Of a stretch of 31,913 nucleotides of DNA, positions 18,269-27,752 are shown piece by piece (within the stretch, counting starts at the first letter, position 1; every line of letters begins with the position of its first letter). The position numbers and the translations under genes were made by a program. The DNA is taken from the IMG/VR virus record IMGVR_UViG_3300017912_002029, positions 1 to 31,913 of that record; one strand, given 5' to 3'. Origin of the DNA: a virus. Lineage: Duplodnaviria > Caudoviricetes. The notes below the pieces were generated by a model. That model saw only the letters and a program-made list of their open reading frames with translations. It had not been told where the DNA came from and ran no database searches.

Positions 18269-19843
18269 TTATGCTGTCCAGACAGCGTGAGCTTCAGGCA
18301 TAGACCATTCCATTCCCGCTTCTGTCAAGATTAAGTCAACTCTACGGTCAACACCTGAATTTTCGAGAGTTTGTACACCCACGTAAATTGAAGTATCTCT
18401 GTTGACACCGTTACCAACTAAAGGTCTATATGCACAATGCTTCATATCAATACCAAGCATTTTTACATTTGTTCCATCTAAGTGAATATTTCTTGCAACA
18501 TTCATATCACCATATGGAGTAGAGAAAGTAGTGATGTCTACACCAAATACTTTTTTCTTACCCATAAGAGCAATATCAGAAGTATACACGCTACCGCCTA
18601 CATAATCATTACCTGTTGCATTTTGGACTTTACCAATATTAGCATTGTTTAAGAAATATCCGCCTAGTTTATGCATCCAGTTATAAACATCTGTACTTAC
18701 AAAAAATACAGTTGCAGATGCATTGTTATATCTAGGATCAAGGTAATTAGACATATCATCTAAAAAGTCATCAGAAGTTTTAGATGCTGTATCTAAACTA
18801 AATTTATTACCATAGTTAATTACATAGTCTAAAGCACCTTGAGTTGTGTTATAGTCTTCATTTTGAGAACCAAAAAGTAAAGCTGTTTCAATATCATATT
18901 TATGTTCGATTAGCTTTTCTTTCCACATTCTAGCCCACTCATTTGAATCATACTTAAGAGAAGTTGCTCTTGCAGTATTAGTCATAGCACATGATGTTTT
19001 CCAAATTTGAGTAACACCATATTGAGTTGAGAATGGTTGATCTTGCCATGTTTCAGGATAACCAGTACCTTCATCATGAGCAGTACCTACAACATATGTT
19101 CTTTTAGCTTCTAAAGATCCAGCAATAGATTCGTCATATACTTGAGTATCAACATCATCACTTGCCCATCCAGCTAAATAAATTGCAGATGTACCATTAA
19201 TATCTTTTATTAAAGTACAATCTAATTGAACACACTCTCTACCATCTTTTGATAAACCAGTAGTAACACCTGTAACTTTCATAATTAAGTACTCAGTTCC
19301 TGAACCACCACCATCAGTAGCTGACATAGGAACTTTTATTAATTGACCAGGTAAGAAAAATGTTGGTTCAGTACCTGTTCCACCTACTGCAATAGCACCT
19401 TCAGATTGTCCATATCTATTTTGGATATTACCTGAAGATTCATAATCAGTAGCCATGAATAATTTAAAAGTATCACCAGATTCTAAAGAACCAGGTGCAC
19501 CACCATCATTGTATGCAGTTAAATCTGCATCACCATCAGTACCACCTACTACTTCTGTTCCATTACTTTCTATCCAACCAGTTACATATGCGTAACGTTT
19601 GTGCCATGAGCCTCTTCTTTCAGTAAATTTGAAAGTAGGATCATCTGTTGGTTTTTTTGCACATTGAGATACAAATCGGAAAAAAGGGTCTTGAGCGATT
19701 GCTAATTCAGAAACTCTGTCACCAAAATTAAATTTTCGTCTTAGGTCACCTGTATTTGGATTTCCAGCACTAGTACCAGGACCATTCGACTGAACATCCG
19801 TAACTCCTAATTCCGATAACTGTACAAAATCGTTTAAAGCCAT
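18269..19843 (-). CDS. Major capsid protein (SU10/DUF5309-like HK97 fold)
   Basis: 524 aa; TQIWKTSCAMTNTARAT...EKLIEHKYDIETALLFG and terminal ILTEAGMEW...EAHA; portal-scaffold-capsid gene order. Confidence 0.9.
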   Translation of the reverse strand: MALNDFVQLSELGVTDVQSNGPGTSAGNPNTGDLRRKFNFGDRVSELAIAQDPFFRFVSQCAKKPTDDPTFKFTERRGSWHKRYAYVTGWIESNGTEVVGGTDGDADLTAYNDGGAPGSLESGDTFKLFMATDYESSGNIQNRYGQSEGAIAVGGTGTEPTFFLPGQLIKVPMSATDGGGSGTEYLIMKVTGVTTGLSKDGRECVQLDCTLIKDINGTSAIYLAGWASDDVDTQVYDESIAGSLEAKRTYVVGTAHDEGTGYPETWQDQPFSTQYGVTQIWKTSCAMTNTARATSLKYDSNEWARMWKEKLIEHKYDIETALLFGSQNEDYNTTQGALDYVINYGNKFSLDTASKTSDDFLDDMSNYLDPRYNNASATVFFVSTDVYNWMHKLGGYFLNNANIGKVQNATGNDYVGGSVYTSDIALMGKKKVFGVDITTFSTPYGDMNVARNIHLDGTNVKMLGIDMKHCAYRPLVGNGVNRDTSIYVGVQTLENSGVDRRVDLILTEAGMEWSMPEAHAVWTA

Positions 19844-19880
19844 TTTAGGCCTCCTTTTCTGTTTTGTTGTATTTGACTAA

Positions 19881-20720
19881 TTAGCCAAACAAGTTATCTA
19901 GTTCCTCATCTACTCCTACAACAGCATCAAATATATTATCTGTTGGGTTGCCACTTGTAGAAGCAGAATTTAACCCGCTAGTACTTGCTGGAATGTTCCG
20001 AGCATTTTTCATTTGCTCTACCATATCTTTTTTTACATTTTGAGCTACCTTGTTATTGGCATTGTCTCTATTAATGATATAATGAATATCTTCCAATGAT
20101 AGTGTCCTTTTAGACGCTTGTAGTAATAAATCCTGATATTCATCATCAGTCATCTCTGGATGATTAGCTCTAAATTTTTGCTCTTCTTCAAGCCTTTTTT
20201 GTTTAATAGCTTGTTTTTGAGCTTCTGCAGTTTGAGCTTGATTCATCTGAGTTATTCTACTTTGCACTAACTTATCAACATGAGCATTTAAAACTTTAGA
20301 TGAATCTGAGCTTGGGTCGCCAAGTTCATTAGCGTCAAATTCAAAATCTTCATCAAGTCCTAATTGACTTTGTATTGATTCGTTAGAACCACCATTTTCT
20401 AGATACCCTCTAACATGATCCACAAGTCCGCCATCCTTTTTCATAGCATCTATGATGGCAGCATAAGGTTTTAGATCTTTAACTTCAGAATGCAATCTTT
20501 GCGCTTCTCGGCTAGAGTCTTGATACCTTTTTTTCCAATCTATTCTTTGAGAGCCAGTTTTTGCTGTGTTATTAGCTTGAACATTCTGGGTTGTCTCACT
20601 AGTTGGTTCTAATTGAGATTCTTCTGAAACCATAGAATTTACATCTTTTTCTATTGATTCAAAAAAGTCACTTGAAGAGTCAGAAAAATAATCTTCTGAG
20701 TTACTTTCATTTACTTTCAT
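19881..20720 (-). CDS. Capsid scaffolding protein
   Basis: Acidic and helical, DWKKRYQDSSREAQRL motif, located between portal and capsid. Confidence 0.8.
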   Translation of the reverse strand: MKVNESNSEDYFSDSSSDFFESIEKDVNSMVSEESQLEPTSETTQNVQANNTAKTGSQRIDWKKRYQDSSREAQRLHSEVKDLKPYAAIIDAMKKDGGLVDHVRGYLENGGSNESIQSQLGLDEDFEFDANELGDPSSDSSKVLNAHVDKLVQSRITQMNQAQTAEAQKQAIKQKRLEEEQKFRANHPEMTDDEYQDLLLQASKRTLSLEDIHYIINRDNANNKVAQNVKKDMVEQMKNARNIPASTSGLNSASTSGNPTDNIFDAVVGVDEELDNLFG

Positions 20721-20746
20721 TACTTCTCCTTAAAATTTTTGCCTTT

Positions 20747-20776
20747 AATATAATACTAATTATTCTTCAGTTGCAA
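20747..20776 (-). promoter_or_regulatory. Sigma70-like promoter for scaffold/capsid genes
   Basis: Minus strand TTGCAA-N18-TATATT overlapping the portal stop codon. Confidence 0.45.
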
Positions 20777-23075
20777 CATTATCTTTTTGCGTTTGAACTT
20801 TTTGTACTATATTATCAACAGTTTGTTTCATTCTTTGTTTTTCATTGGCCATTTGCATAGCTAATTGTTGTTGTTGAGTCATAGCATTATTTTTTACTTT
20901 ATTAGCTACAATAGCTACTGAAGATTTTTCTTGTTCTTTCTTTTTACTAATCTCCATTTCAGCTTGCATAACTTTTCCTTTAATACCAGCTTGAACAAGT
21001 TGTCTCTCAAGAGTTTCAATAGTACCTTCTTTATCTTTAAGAACATCTTGCATTGATTGTACTTGTGATTGTAACTGAGAGTATAAAGATTTTCTTTGAG
21101 CTATCTTATCTTTATTTCTTATATCTGTTTCAGCTAGTAATGCTATATCATCTATAACTCCTAAATTCATTAATTGTTTTAATTCTTCTAAATAAGCCCA
21201 TCTATTAACTGGTAATGTAGAACCTGAAACAATTCTAACATCAAACTTAGCAGAAGCATAATCATTAAATTTACCAATAACATCACCATAATCATTGTAC
21301 ATTGGTACATTAATTCTAACTTCTTTTTGTTCTTTTATATTATTAGGCTGAACTACTCTAAATACTTTTTCTGCTGTATAAATAGCTTGAGAAAACTGCA
21401 TCATAACAATACCTAAATGTTTTAATGCAGGTTCTATAGAATTTGTAAGCCACTGTTTTATTCTTCTAGTACCATACTCATCCATAGCAAGCATACCTCT
21501 ATAAGTATCTGCTTGTCTTGCAGTATCACCCATCATAGAACTATATATACCTGCTAGATATTCCATATCACCTTTACCTTGTTGCACTATATTAAAAAAT
21601 GCATTAGAAAGTGGTGCTGGCTGTATCGGTGTAGGGGCAGTAGCTCCTGGTCTTACAGGAAGTAATGCTCCTGGAGCACTAGAATACTTTTCCCAATAAT
21701 CAGTATCAACCGATCCTTCTTCATATAAGTATCTTAAACTACTACCAAGAGATGCGTTATGAACCATGATTTGATGAGCTTTATTTAATTCTCTTTGTTT
21801 TCCAACTAACGGAGAAACAGCACTAATAGGATAAGGAGTACCTGTCCATTTATAATGGAATGGTATAATAGGATATTCTGTAATATTAGAAGGTAAATAA
21901 ATATCAAATAATGTTTTATCTCCTACAACTAATGTATGCTTAATTCTTGGTTGATAAAAATCAACAGAGTCTACAATATATTTAGCAAACTCTTCATTGT
22001 CTTGCATAATTTTAAATTCTTGTTTAGTTATTACTTTATTATCTATAACAGATGCTTTAGTAATAAGTTCACTCATCATTTCTTTTTCTGCTGCATCTAA
22101 TTGTTGAGCCATTAACTCTTTAGCATTTTTTAACTCAAGCTCATATCTTTCAGGTAACATTTTACCTTCTTGAACAGCAATTTGCATTTCTTGCTGTTGC
22201 TCTAATAACTGAACGTTCATTTCTTCAGACATTTTAGATATTTTAATTTTAACTTGGTCTCTTACTAAACTTATTTGTTCTTCATCAGGTGGTACTCTAA
22301 AGAAAACATTTACATATAATATATTTTCTTTTTCATACATTTCGTATACTTCAATTAAATCATCATGCTCAGCAGTATCTGGATCTAAAGATTCTGAATG
22401 AGTTATATCTTTGTATCCAAAATCTTTTAACTGTGTACCATAAGCTTTTTCTGATAAATCATAACTATTTTCATTATCAGAATTTGCATTTTTAATTTTA
22501 CCTTTATATGCAGGATATACTTCATATAAATGTTTTTTAGGTAAAATCTTTCTAAGCATAATGTAGGAAGCGTCTCTAAATAACATATCTCTAGATTTAG
22601 GATCTACAAACAAATCAAATGGTTCAGGTTGTTTTAATACAACTTCTCCCATACCATAATCTTGATTTACATCAACTGATACTTGTAAATAACCTATAGA
22701 TTTAGTTATAGAGTCATTAACTGCATTTGCATATAATGTATTTGCATCTGAGTTATACCATATATAATCAGCCATATCAGAAAAAACAGCTGCAACATCA
22801 GTATCTGAACCTTCTGTAGCAACAGCTTGCCATCTAGGTGAGTTAGCAGTTGCATAAAAATTTAACATTTCTACAACAGGTGTAATCCTATTAATAGTAA
22901 ATGTTGGCATACCTTGTTGTTCTAACAATTCTCTTTCAGTTTCAGTTAATTGATTGTCATTAGAAAAATCATAACCCTTTTGATTTATGTATTCCCACTG
23001 TACTCTATTATTACTGTTAACCTGATTAAATAATTGTTTTACTCTTTCAGCTTTTTTATCTTTTCTCTTGGCCAT
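20760..23075 (-). CDS. Portal protein (P22-like)
   Basis: 771 aa; PTFTINRITP, FDLFVDP.SR, YPIIPF, QRELNK motifs and a long C-terminal coiled coil; downstream of TerL. Confidence 0.9.
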   Translation of the reverse strand: MAKRKDKKAERVKQLFNQVNSNNRVQWEYINQKGYDFSNDNQLTETERELLEQQGMPTFTINRITPVVEMLNFYATANSPRWQAVATEGSDTDVAAVFSDMADYIWYNSDANTLYANAVNDSITKSIGYLQVSVDVNQDYGMGEVVLKQPEPFDLFVDPKSRDMLFRDASYIMLRKILPKKHLYEVYPAYKGKIKNANSDNENSYDLSEKAYGTQLKDFGYKDITHSESLDPDTAEHDDLIEVYEMYEKENILYVNVFFRVPPDEEQISLVRDQVKIKISKMSEEMNVQLLEQQQEMQIAVQEGKMLPERYELELKNAKELMAQQLDAAEKEMMSELITKASVIDNKVITKQEFKIMQDNEEFAKYIVDSVDFYQPRIKHTLVVGDKTLFDIYLPSNITEYPIIPFHYKWTGTPYPISAVSPLVGKQRELNKAHQIMVHNASLGSSLRYLYEEGSVDTDYWEKYSSAPGALLPVRPGATAPTPIQPAPLSNAFFNIVQQGKGDMEYLAGIYSSMMGDTARQADTYRGMLAMDEYGTRRIKQWLTNSIEPALKHLGIVMMQFSQAIYTAEKVFRVVQPNNIKEQKEVRINVPMYNDYGDVIGKFNDYASAKFDVRIVSGSTLPVNRWAYLEELKQLMNLGVIDDIALLAETDIRNKDKIAQRKSLYSQLQSQVQSMQDVLKDKEGTIETLERQLVQAGIKGKVMQAEMEISKKKEQEKSSVAIVANKVKNNAMTQQQQLAMQMANEKQRMKQTVDNIVQKVQTQKDNVATEE

Positions 23076-23087
23076 ATTTATATCCTA

Positions 23088-23570
23088 TTAAGTTGTAACT
23101 ACAATGTATTCAACATCACATGCAGCAGTATCAGCTCTTAACCAAATTTCATCACATTCTACTAATGTTCCTGTAAAGTCTGGAGCACTGTCAGAATCTC
23201 CATCCGCAGCATTTCCATCTGTAAAGAAATCATCAGTTGTAAAGAAAAAGCTAGAACCTGGTTCTACTTTTATAGCTGCCTCATTATAAGCAGTTCCTGA
23301 TTTATATAAAATTACTGATATAAAATTAGTGTCGTCTAAGTTAGTAACTCTAAAATACTTTAAGTCTGCAGCTTTAACTGCACCTTTTGCATCTGCTGCG
23401 CCAAATGAAGCGATTTCAGTATTGGTTATAGGTACATTCATAATTCTTTGATCTACTTGACCACAAGATGCTTTTGTAAATGTATTAGAACCACCATAAG
23501 AGACACCATTTAATGTTATAGTTTCACTCACTTTTACTGTAAGTGTAGCTGGTGTTACTTTAGTTGCCAT
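23088..23570 (-). CDS. Hypothetical, probably virion structural protein
   Basis: 160 aa, beta-rich (YFRVTNLDDTNFISV, ADTAACDVEY); AAGGAG RBS. Confidence 0.7.
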   Translation of the reverse strand: MATKVTPATLTVKVSETITLNGVSYGGSNTFTKASCGQVDQRIMNVPITNTEIASFGAADAKGAVKAADLKYFRVTNLDDTNFISVILYKSGTAYNEAAIKVEPGSSFFFTTDDFFTDGNAADGDSDSAPDFTGTLVECDEIWLRADTAACDVEYIVVTT

Positions 23571-23581
23571 TATTATTCTCC

Positions 23582-23743
23582 TTATTTACCTTCTATGTAT
23601 TTATTATTTGCTATTTTATAAACTTTCCCTATTTTTTCTACTTTAGTTCCAGTTTGTTTTTTGTAAAAATTTTCTATAGTTTTTTTACTAAATTCTTTGC
23701 CAGATTTTTTGTCTTTAAAAGTAACTACTTTTTTATTTTTCAT
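23582..23743 (-). CDS. Lys-rich microprotein (53 aa)
   Basis: Not in track. MKNKKVVTFKDKKSGKEFSKKNYRNFYKKQTGTKVEKIGKVYKIANNKYIEGK; AAGGA RBS; fills the gap between TerL and 23570. Confidence 0.65.
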   Translation of the reverse strand: MKNKKVVTFKDKKSGKEFSKKTIENFYKKQTGTKVEKIGKVYKIANNKYIEGK

Positions 23744-23762
23744 TTTTCAATTCCTTTTCATA

Positions 23763-25322
23763 TTATGCTGTAACCCAACTTTTTGCTCTTGGTTTATGTT
23801 TATATATTTTGCCTTTTTCTGATTTAACAGATTGTAATGGGTATGCATATTTGCAAGCATAAGCGAGTGCGTCAATAGTATCATCATGACCCATCCTAGG
23901 ACCAAATGTATATATTTCTCTTTGAAGATCATACATATCTTTTTTAACAAATACACCTCCTACAGCAAAACGCTGTGCTAGTATTTCTTGTATTCTATCT
24001 CTTTTACTCATTCTGTTACCAGGCTTTTCAGCACAGTATTTAACAGTAAAATCATTTCTTCTTCTCATTTCAGCATTTAATGATTGAAATACAGGTTTAC
24101 TCATAGTAGTATCTTCTACTGTAAATAAACTTGGATTGTATTTCTTATTCATATCAAACATATAATCTACTATTCCTTTTTTGCTATCCCCAGGTATACC
24201 AACAACTGGTAAGCCACGCATTCTAAGATACTCCAAAACGTAGACATTATTATCAGGGCATACAGCGCAAATGATAATAACACTAAAATCACTATCCCTA
24301 CGGGTACTATCAGTAGCAGGGTCAACCCCAGCAAAAATGTTGACTGGTTTAATATCTCCATCGCTTGTGACGATATACGAGATGTTACCTTCTGCATCAT
24401 ATCTATAATTTCCCTCCCAAAATTTTACGTGATCTCTAGTAAATATAGAGTCTTTATCACTTTGAACTTCCATCATGTATTCTTGATAAAACTTCTGTGG
24501 CTGTCCTGAATCTGCATAGAACTTCTTTTTTCTATCCATTTCTTTTTGACCAAACCAAGAAGACCATAATGGTGTTCCGTCAGGTTGGATTGCCTTATAT
24601 GTTACGACTTTCCAACTAAATTCTTTTTCTTTTCCTTCACCCTTTGCCTTATCATATCCAACAAGGATATTATTAATGAAAGCATCGTAATGAACAGGTG
24701 TGCCATTAATACGCAACCTACCGCTACCAGGCTCAAGAGCAGGGAATACAACAGCTGTAACCAGATTCGAGATTTTAGCTCTAGACTCAGGCGTAACGGT
24801 ATTATTTTCATCTTCGAAATCATCCAACACGATGAGATCATATCTTTTGTGTAACTTAGCGCCTCCTCTAATACCCGAAAGGTTCGATTTACTAATAAGT
24901 TTACATCCGTTTTTAAGTTCGATGTCATCTTCTGTCCATTTCTTGCCCTTTAAATTACCGAAATAATACGAAACTTTATCATTATATTCCAAATGATATT
25001 TTATATAATCTAAATTAGGCACTGATATTTTACTACTTGCAGCAACCCAACCATAAAATAAAGGCTCTGTTGAAAAACAAAAATCTCTTAAGATATTACA
25101 CTTAGTAAGAACTGTTTTACCGTGACCTCTAGGTAAAATAACTGCCATTTGTCTGTAATCTGGATTTGATATAGCGTCTGCTACCTCATAATGAAAAAAA
25201 GGAGTCTCACTCCTTAAAAAATCATCAGGTAAAAATAACTTACCAAAAGCAATCATATCATTTTTAGCAAGCATTAAAGCTTCTTCTGCTTTGCTTACAT
25301 TTTGTGTATTAATATTTGCCAC
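23763..25322 (-). CDS. terL: Terminase large subunit
   Basis: Walker A LPRGHGKT, Walker B LIVLDD, coupling motif NGTP, nuclease motifs GVDPA and HDDTIDALAYA; GTG start. Confidence 0.95.
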   Translation of the reverse strand: MANINTQNVSKAEEALMLAKNDMIAFGKLFLPDDFLRSETPFFHYEVADAISNPDYRQMAVILPRGHGKTVLTKCNILRDFCFSTEPLFYGWVAASSKISVPNLDYIKYHLEYNDKVSYYFGNLKGKKWTEDDIELKNGCKLISKSNLSGIRGGAKLHKRYDLIVLDDFEDENNTVTPESRAKISNLVTAVVFPALEPGSGRLRINGTPVHYDAFINNILVGYDKAKGEGKEKEFSWKVVTYKAIQPDGTPLWSSWFGQKEMDRKKKFYADSGQPQKFYQEYMMEVQSDKDSIFTRDHVKFWEGNYRYDAEGNISYIVTSDGDIKPVNIFAGVDPATDSTRRDSDFSVIIICAVCPDNNVYVLEYLRMRGLPVVGIPGDSKKGIVDYMFDMNKKYNPSLFTVEDTTMSKPVFQSLNAEMRRRNDFTVKYCAEKPGNRMSKRDRIQEILAQRFAVGGVFVKKDMYDLQREIYTFGPRMGHDDTIDALAYACKYAYPLQSVKSEKGKIYKHKPRAKSWVTA

Positions 25323-25342
25323 GTTTTAATATACCTTTTGGT

Positions 25343-26074
25343 TTATTCATTTTCTATAATGCCTGGCCTTTCAGCCTTTAATAAGTCTTTATCTTTAAAT
25401 CCTTGAAATAATGCCCCAGTTACTTGAGTAACAGTAGTTTTATTCTTATCTTCAAGATCCATAATATCAGATAGTTTAAATAATGCCTTTAATCTTGTTT
25501 CATCTTTATCAGATGTTAATGCAATATTATTAATATTTTCTAATATACTTTTCTCATCTACACCTATTTCTTCTAGTATAGGTTTTAACTCTTCTTTCAT
25601 AGCAGTTATTATCCTTTTAGTTTTTACTAGTTGTGCTGATTTATGTTTAGCATAACCAGGATTAGTAGTAGGAAAAGCTTTCATATAAGCTTGTTGAGGT
25701 GATAGCCCTGATGCTATATATACAACGAAAAGATGCTCATGCTTACTCAGTACGGTCCGATCTAGCAGAACGTCTGCAGAGTTCTTATTCCCTCCAAAAG
25801 AATAAATGTTGACTCTGCGTGAAGTGTCCATCTTCACCCTGGAGGAGACTGGAAATGTTCCAGTGCACGTGCCTACATATTCCCTAACCTTGTTCCGCCC
25901 TTTCGGCACAACCATCTTTCCTTTGCGCAATATTTGAATAAAACAGCCATCATCAGCTTTAACCCAATCACCCACATTTGCTGTTCTCCAATCTATATAT
26001 TTAAAATCTTTAGGTAATTCTTCTACATCATCATATACAGTATGATCAATCCCATTTACTTTATAAAATCTCAT
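25343..26074 (-). CDS. Terminase small subunit-like protein with an extra N-terminal domain
   Basis: Directly upstream of terL; FVVYIASGLSPQQAYMKAFP...AKHKSAQLVK helix-turn-helix-like segment and DETRLKAL oligomerisation-type helix. Confidence 0.65.
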   Translation of the reverse strand: MRFYKVNGIDHTVYDDVEELPKDFKYIDWRTANVGDWVKADDGCFIQILRKGKMVVPKGRNKVREYVGTCTGTFPVSSRVKMDTSRRVNIYSFGGNKNSADVLLDRTVLSKHEHLFVVYIASGLSPQQAYMKAFPTTNPGYAKHKSAQLVKTKRIITAMKEELKPILEEIGVDEKSILENINNIALTSDKDETRLKALFKLSDIMDLEDKNKTTVTQVTGALFQGFKDKDLLKAERPGIIENE

Positions 26075-26652
26075 TCTGGCCTATAATCTGCTCTATTCAT
26101 CCAACCATTTAAAAATACTTTTTGAGTACTATCAGAATCTACAATGCTTAGATAATAGTTTTTTTGCTTATCAACAATCTTATTCATTAAAGCTTTATCA
26201 CCTACTTTATCTCTAATTAATTTATAAGCCATTCTAGTTTTATTACCCATTTTACCATCTTCATCTAACATACCACCATTTATAGGTAAATTATGTTGAA
26301 GAGCTAGAGCATTTAATGATTGTTGCATAAGAAGAGTAGATTTACCTGTATTTATTTGTACATCAGCCATCTTTAATGCTATAGGATTTTTACCATAATT
26401 AGCCTCAGAATTATTTAAGAAGTCATTATTGTATATCATCATAGCTTGCATTTGTGATAAGTTTTTAATATCTAAATTAGGATATTGTTTTTTGCTAATA
26501 CCAAATTTAGTCTCACCACCTCTATCAACAGCTTTGTTTACATAACCTCCCTCATGCTGTATAACATCATTAAGAAAGTTTTGTCTTTTCATTTCATATG
26601 AACTATCAGCGTTTATAACACTATCCATATCAAAATCTACATAATCTACCAT
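26071..26652 (-). CDS. Endolysin, glycoside hydrolase family 108 with C-terminal peptidoglycan-binding region
   Basis: HEGGYVN...DRGGETKFGISK catalytic signature; DGKMGNKT and QKVFLNGWMNR C-terminal motifs. Confidence 0.9.
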   Translation of the reverse strand: MVDYVDFDMDSVINADSSYEMKRQNFLNDVIQHEGGYVNKAVDRGGETKFGISKKQYPNLDIKNLSQMQAMMIYNNDFLNNSEANYGKNPIALKMADVQINTGKSTLLMQQSLNALALQHNLPINGGMLDEDGKMGNKTRMAYKLIRDKVGDKALMNKIVDKQKNYYLSIVDSDSTQKVFLNGWMNRADYRPE

Positions 26653-26701
26653 TATATACCCCAGCTTACTTGTCCGAAGGACAAATTAATTCTATTTATC
26701 A

Positions 26702-26887
26702 TTAACACTCACCTATAGTATAAGAAGTTATCTTTGCTATAGACTCATCATCCATACAATCTACTGCTAATATATTACCTATAAATGTTATTTGAGAATC
26801 ATTTGTAATAATAGCTTCACTAATAGATTCTATTTCATCACTATCAGGATCATATTCAATAATAAGCTCATATCTTTTTAATTTCAT
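26702..26887 (-). CDS. Small acidic hypothetical protein
   Basis: 61-aa ORF with AAGGGA RBS and an upstream promoter-like site. Confidence 0.65.
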   Translation of the reverse strand: MKLKRYELIIEYDPDSDEIESISEAIITNDSQITFIGNILAVDCMDDESIAKITSYTIGEC

Positions 26888-26910
26888 ATATATCCCTTTT
26901 AGTTTTTACA

Positions 26911-26940
26911 AGTTTAGTGAAAATTATATATATAAAACAA
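26911..26940 (-). promoter_or_regulatory. Sigma70-like promoter
   Basis: Minus strand TTGTTT-N18-TAAACT, with the same TAACTATTGTTTT as the 3494-3522 site. Confidence 0.5.
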
Positions 26941-26943
26941 TAG

Positions 26944-27120
26944 TTATTTTTCAGTTTTATTCTTTTTTTCTACAAATTTCTCAAATTCTTCTGAATGTTT
27001 GTTAAATTCAATATATAAAGTATTAACCTTTATTAATCTTTCAACTAAAAAATACAATTGATTTAAATGATGTTCTATCTGTTTGTTAGTTAATTTAGGT
27101 TTATTTTTACCTTTAGCCAT
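26944..27120 (-). CDS. Small hypothetical protein (58 aa), first gene of the leftward module
   Basis: Not in track. MAKGKNKPKLTNKQIEHHLNQLYFLVERLIKVNTLYIEFNKHSEEFEKFVEKKNKTEK; G-run RBS. Confidence 0.7.
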   Translation of the reverse strand: MAKGKNKPKLTNKQIEHHLNQLYFLVERLIKVNTLYIEFNKHSEEFEKFVEKKNKTEK

Positions 27121-27149
27121 TTAAAGCCCCCCCTTTTATTTTGCAATAT

Positions 27150-27179
27150 AATTTACAAAAAGTTAAGTTTGAAAAGCAA
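27150..27179 (-). promoter_or_regulatory. Sigma70-like promoter at the head of the leftward module
   Basis: Minus strand TTGCTT-N18-TAAATT. Confidence 0.5.
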
Positions 27180-27322
27180 CTTTTAAAAATTGTGCAATTT
27201 TAGTGTGCGGTGTTGTATATATGGTACACCCCCTATCAGGGGTTTTTCCCTAACGGGATTACGTTATTTTTGATTTTAGTTAATGTAATTTATGATTATT
27301 TTATTAATTAAAAGGAGAACAA

Positions 27323-27628
27323 ATGAGTACAGAATCTAAGAATGTTGAAGAGTTAAGTGAAGATATTAATGAACCAGTTAAAACTGTGGGGGATTTAAAG
27401 GATCTTATACTTGACGAAAACTTTGATGGAGCACTTGATGTAATTAAGAGAGCAGCAGTAGAAGTTAAGTTCACTGTTAAATCTAAAGCAGCAAGACGCA
27501 AACAAATGGAGAACCTTAGAAACTATCTGTCAAATGTACAACAACATGCAAGAGTCAATGGGCAAGATAAAGCTCTTAGACAAGAATTTAAAAATGCATG
27601 GTCTATATGTTATGATTCAGGTAGATAA
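27323..27628 (+). CDS. Hypothetical protein, first gene of the rightward (early) module
   Basis: 101 aa; AAGGAG RBS; followed by a terminator. Confidence 0.8.
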   Translation: MSTESKNVEELSEDINEPVKTVGDLKDLILDENFDGALDVIKRAAVEVKFTVKSKAARRKQMENLRNYLSNVQQHARVNGQDKALRQEFKNAWSICYDSGR

Positions 27629-27647
27629 GTTAGTTACTATGATAACT

Positions 27648-27671
27648 GGGTGTATTAATTTACACCCTTTT
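27648..27671 (+). terminator. Rho-independent terminator
   Basis: GGGTGTA-ttaatt-TACACCC followed by TTTTATCTATTATTTT. Confidence 0.75.
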
Positions 27672-27716
27672 ATCTATTATTTTGTTATTATTGTTGTTAA
27701 ACGATATGAGTAGTGG

Positions 27717-27752
27717 AAAGGATACCTTTGTTTGTTTTTGTAAAGGATACCT
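27717..27752. repeat. 11-bp direct repeat AAAGGATACCT x2 with internal dyad AGG-ATA-CCT
   Basis: Copies at 27717-27727 and 27742-27752 separated by a T-rich spacer. Confidence 0.7.

Noticed and set aside
20701-20725. Tandem TTACTTTCAT repeat at the scaffold start
   Set aside because: Two 10-bp copies in AT-rich coding sequence with no further support.
254-24966. Plus-strand ORFs in the track across the late module (e.g. 254-457, 3660-3881, 6465-6719, 17833-18171, 24585-24854, 24700-24966)
   Set aside because: Antisense shadows of well-supported minus-strand genes, with no recognisable motifs.
26670-26684. TTGTCC/GGACAA hairpin upstream of the endolysin
   Set aside because: Only 6 bp with a 3-nt loop; it does not cover the RBS and lacks a U-tract.
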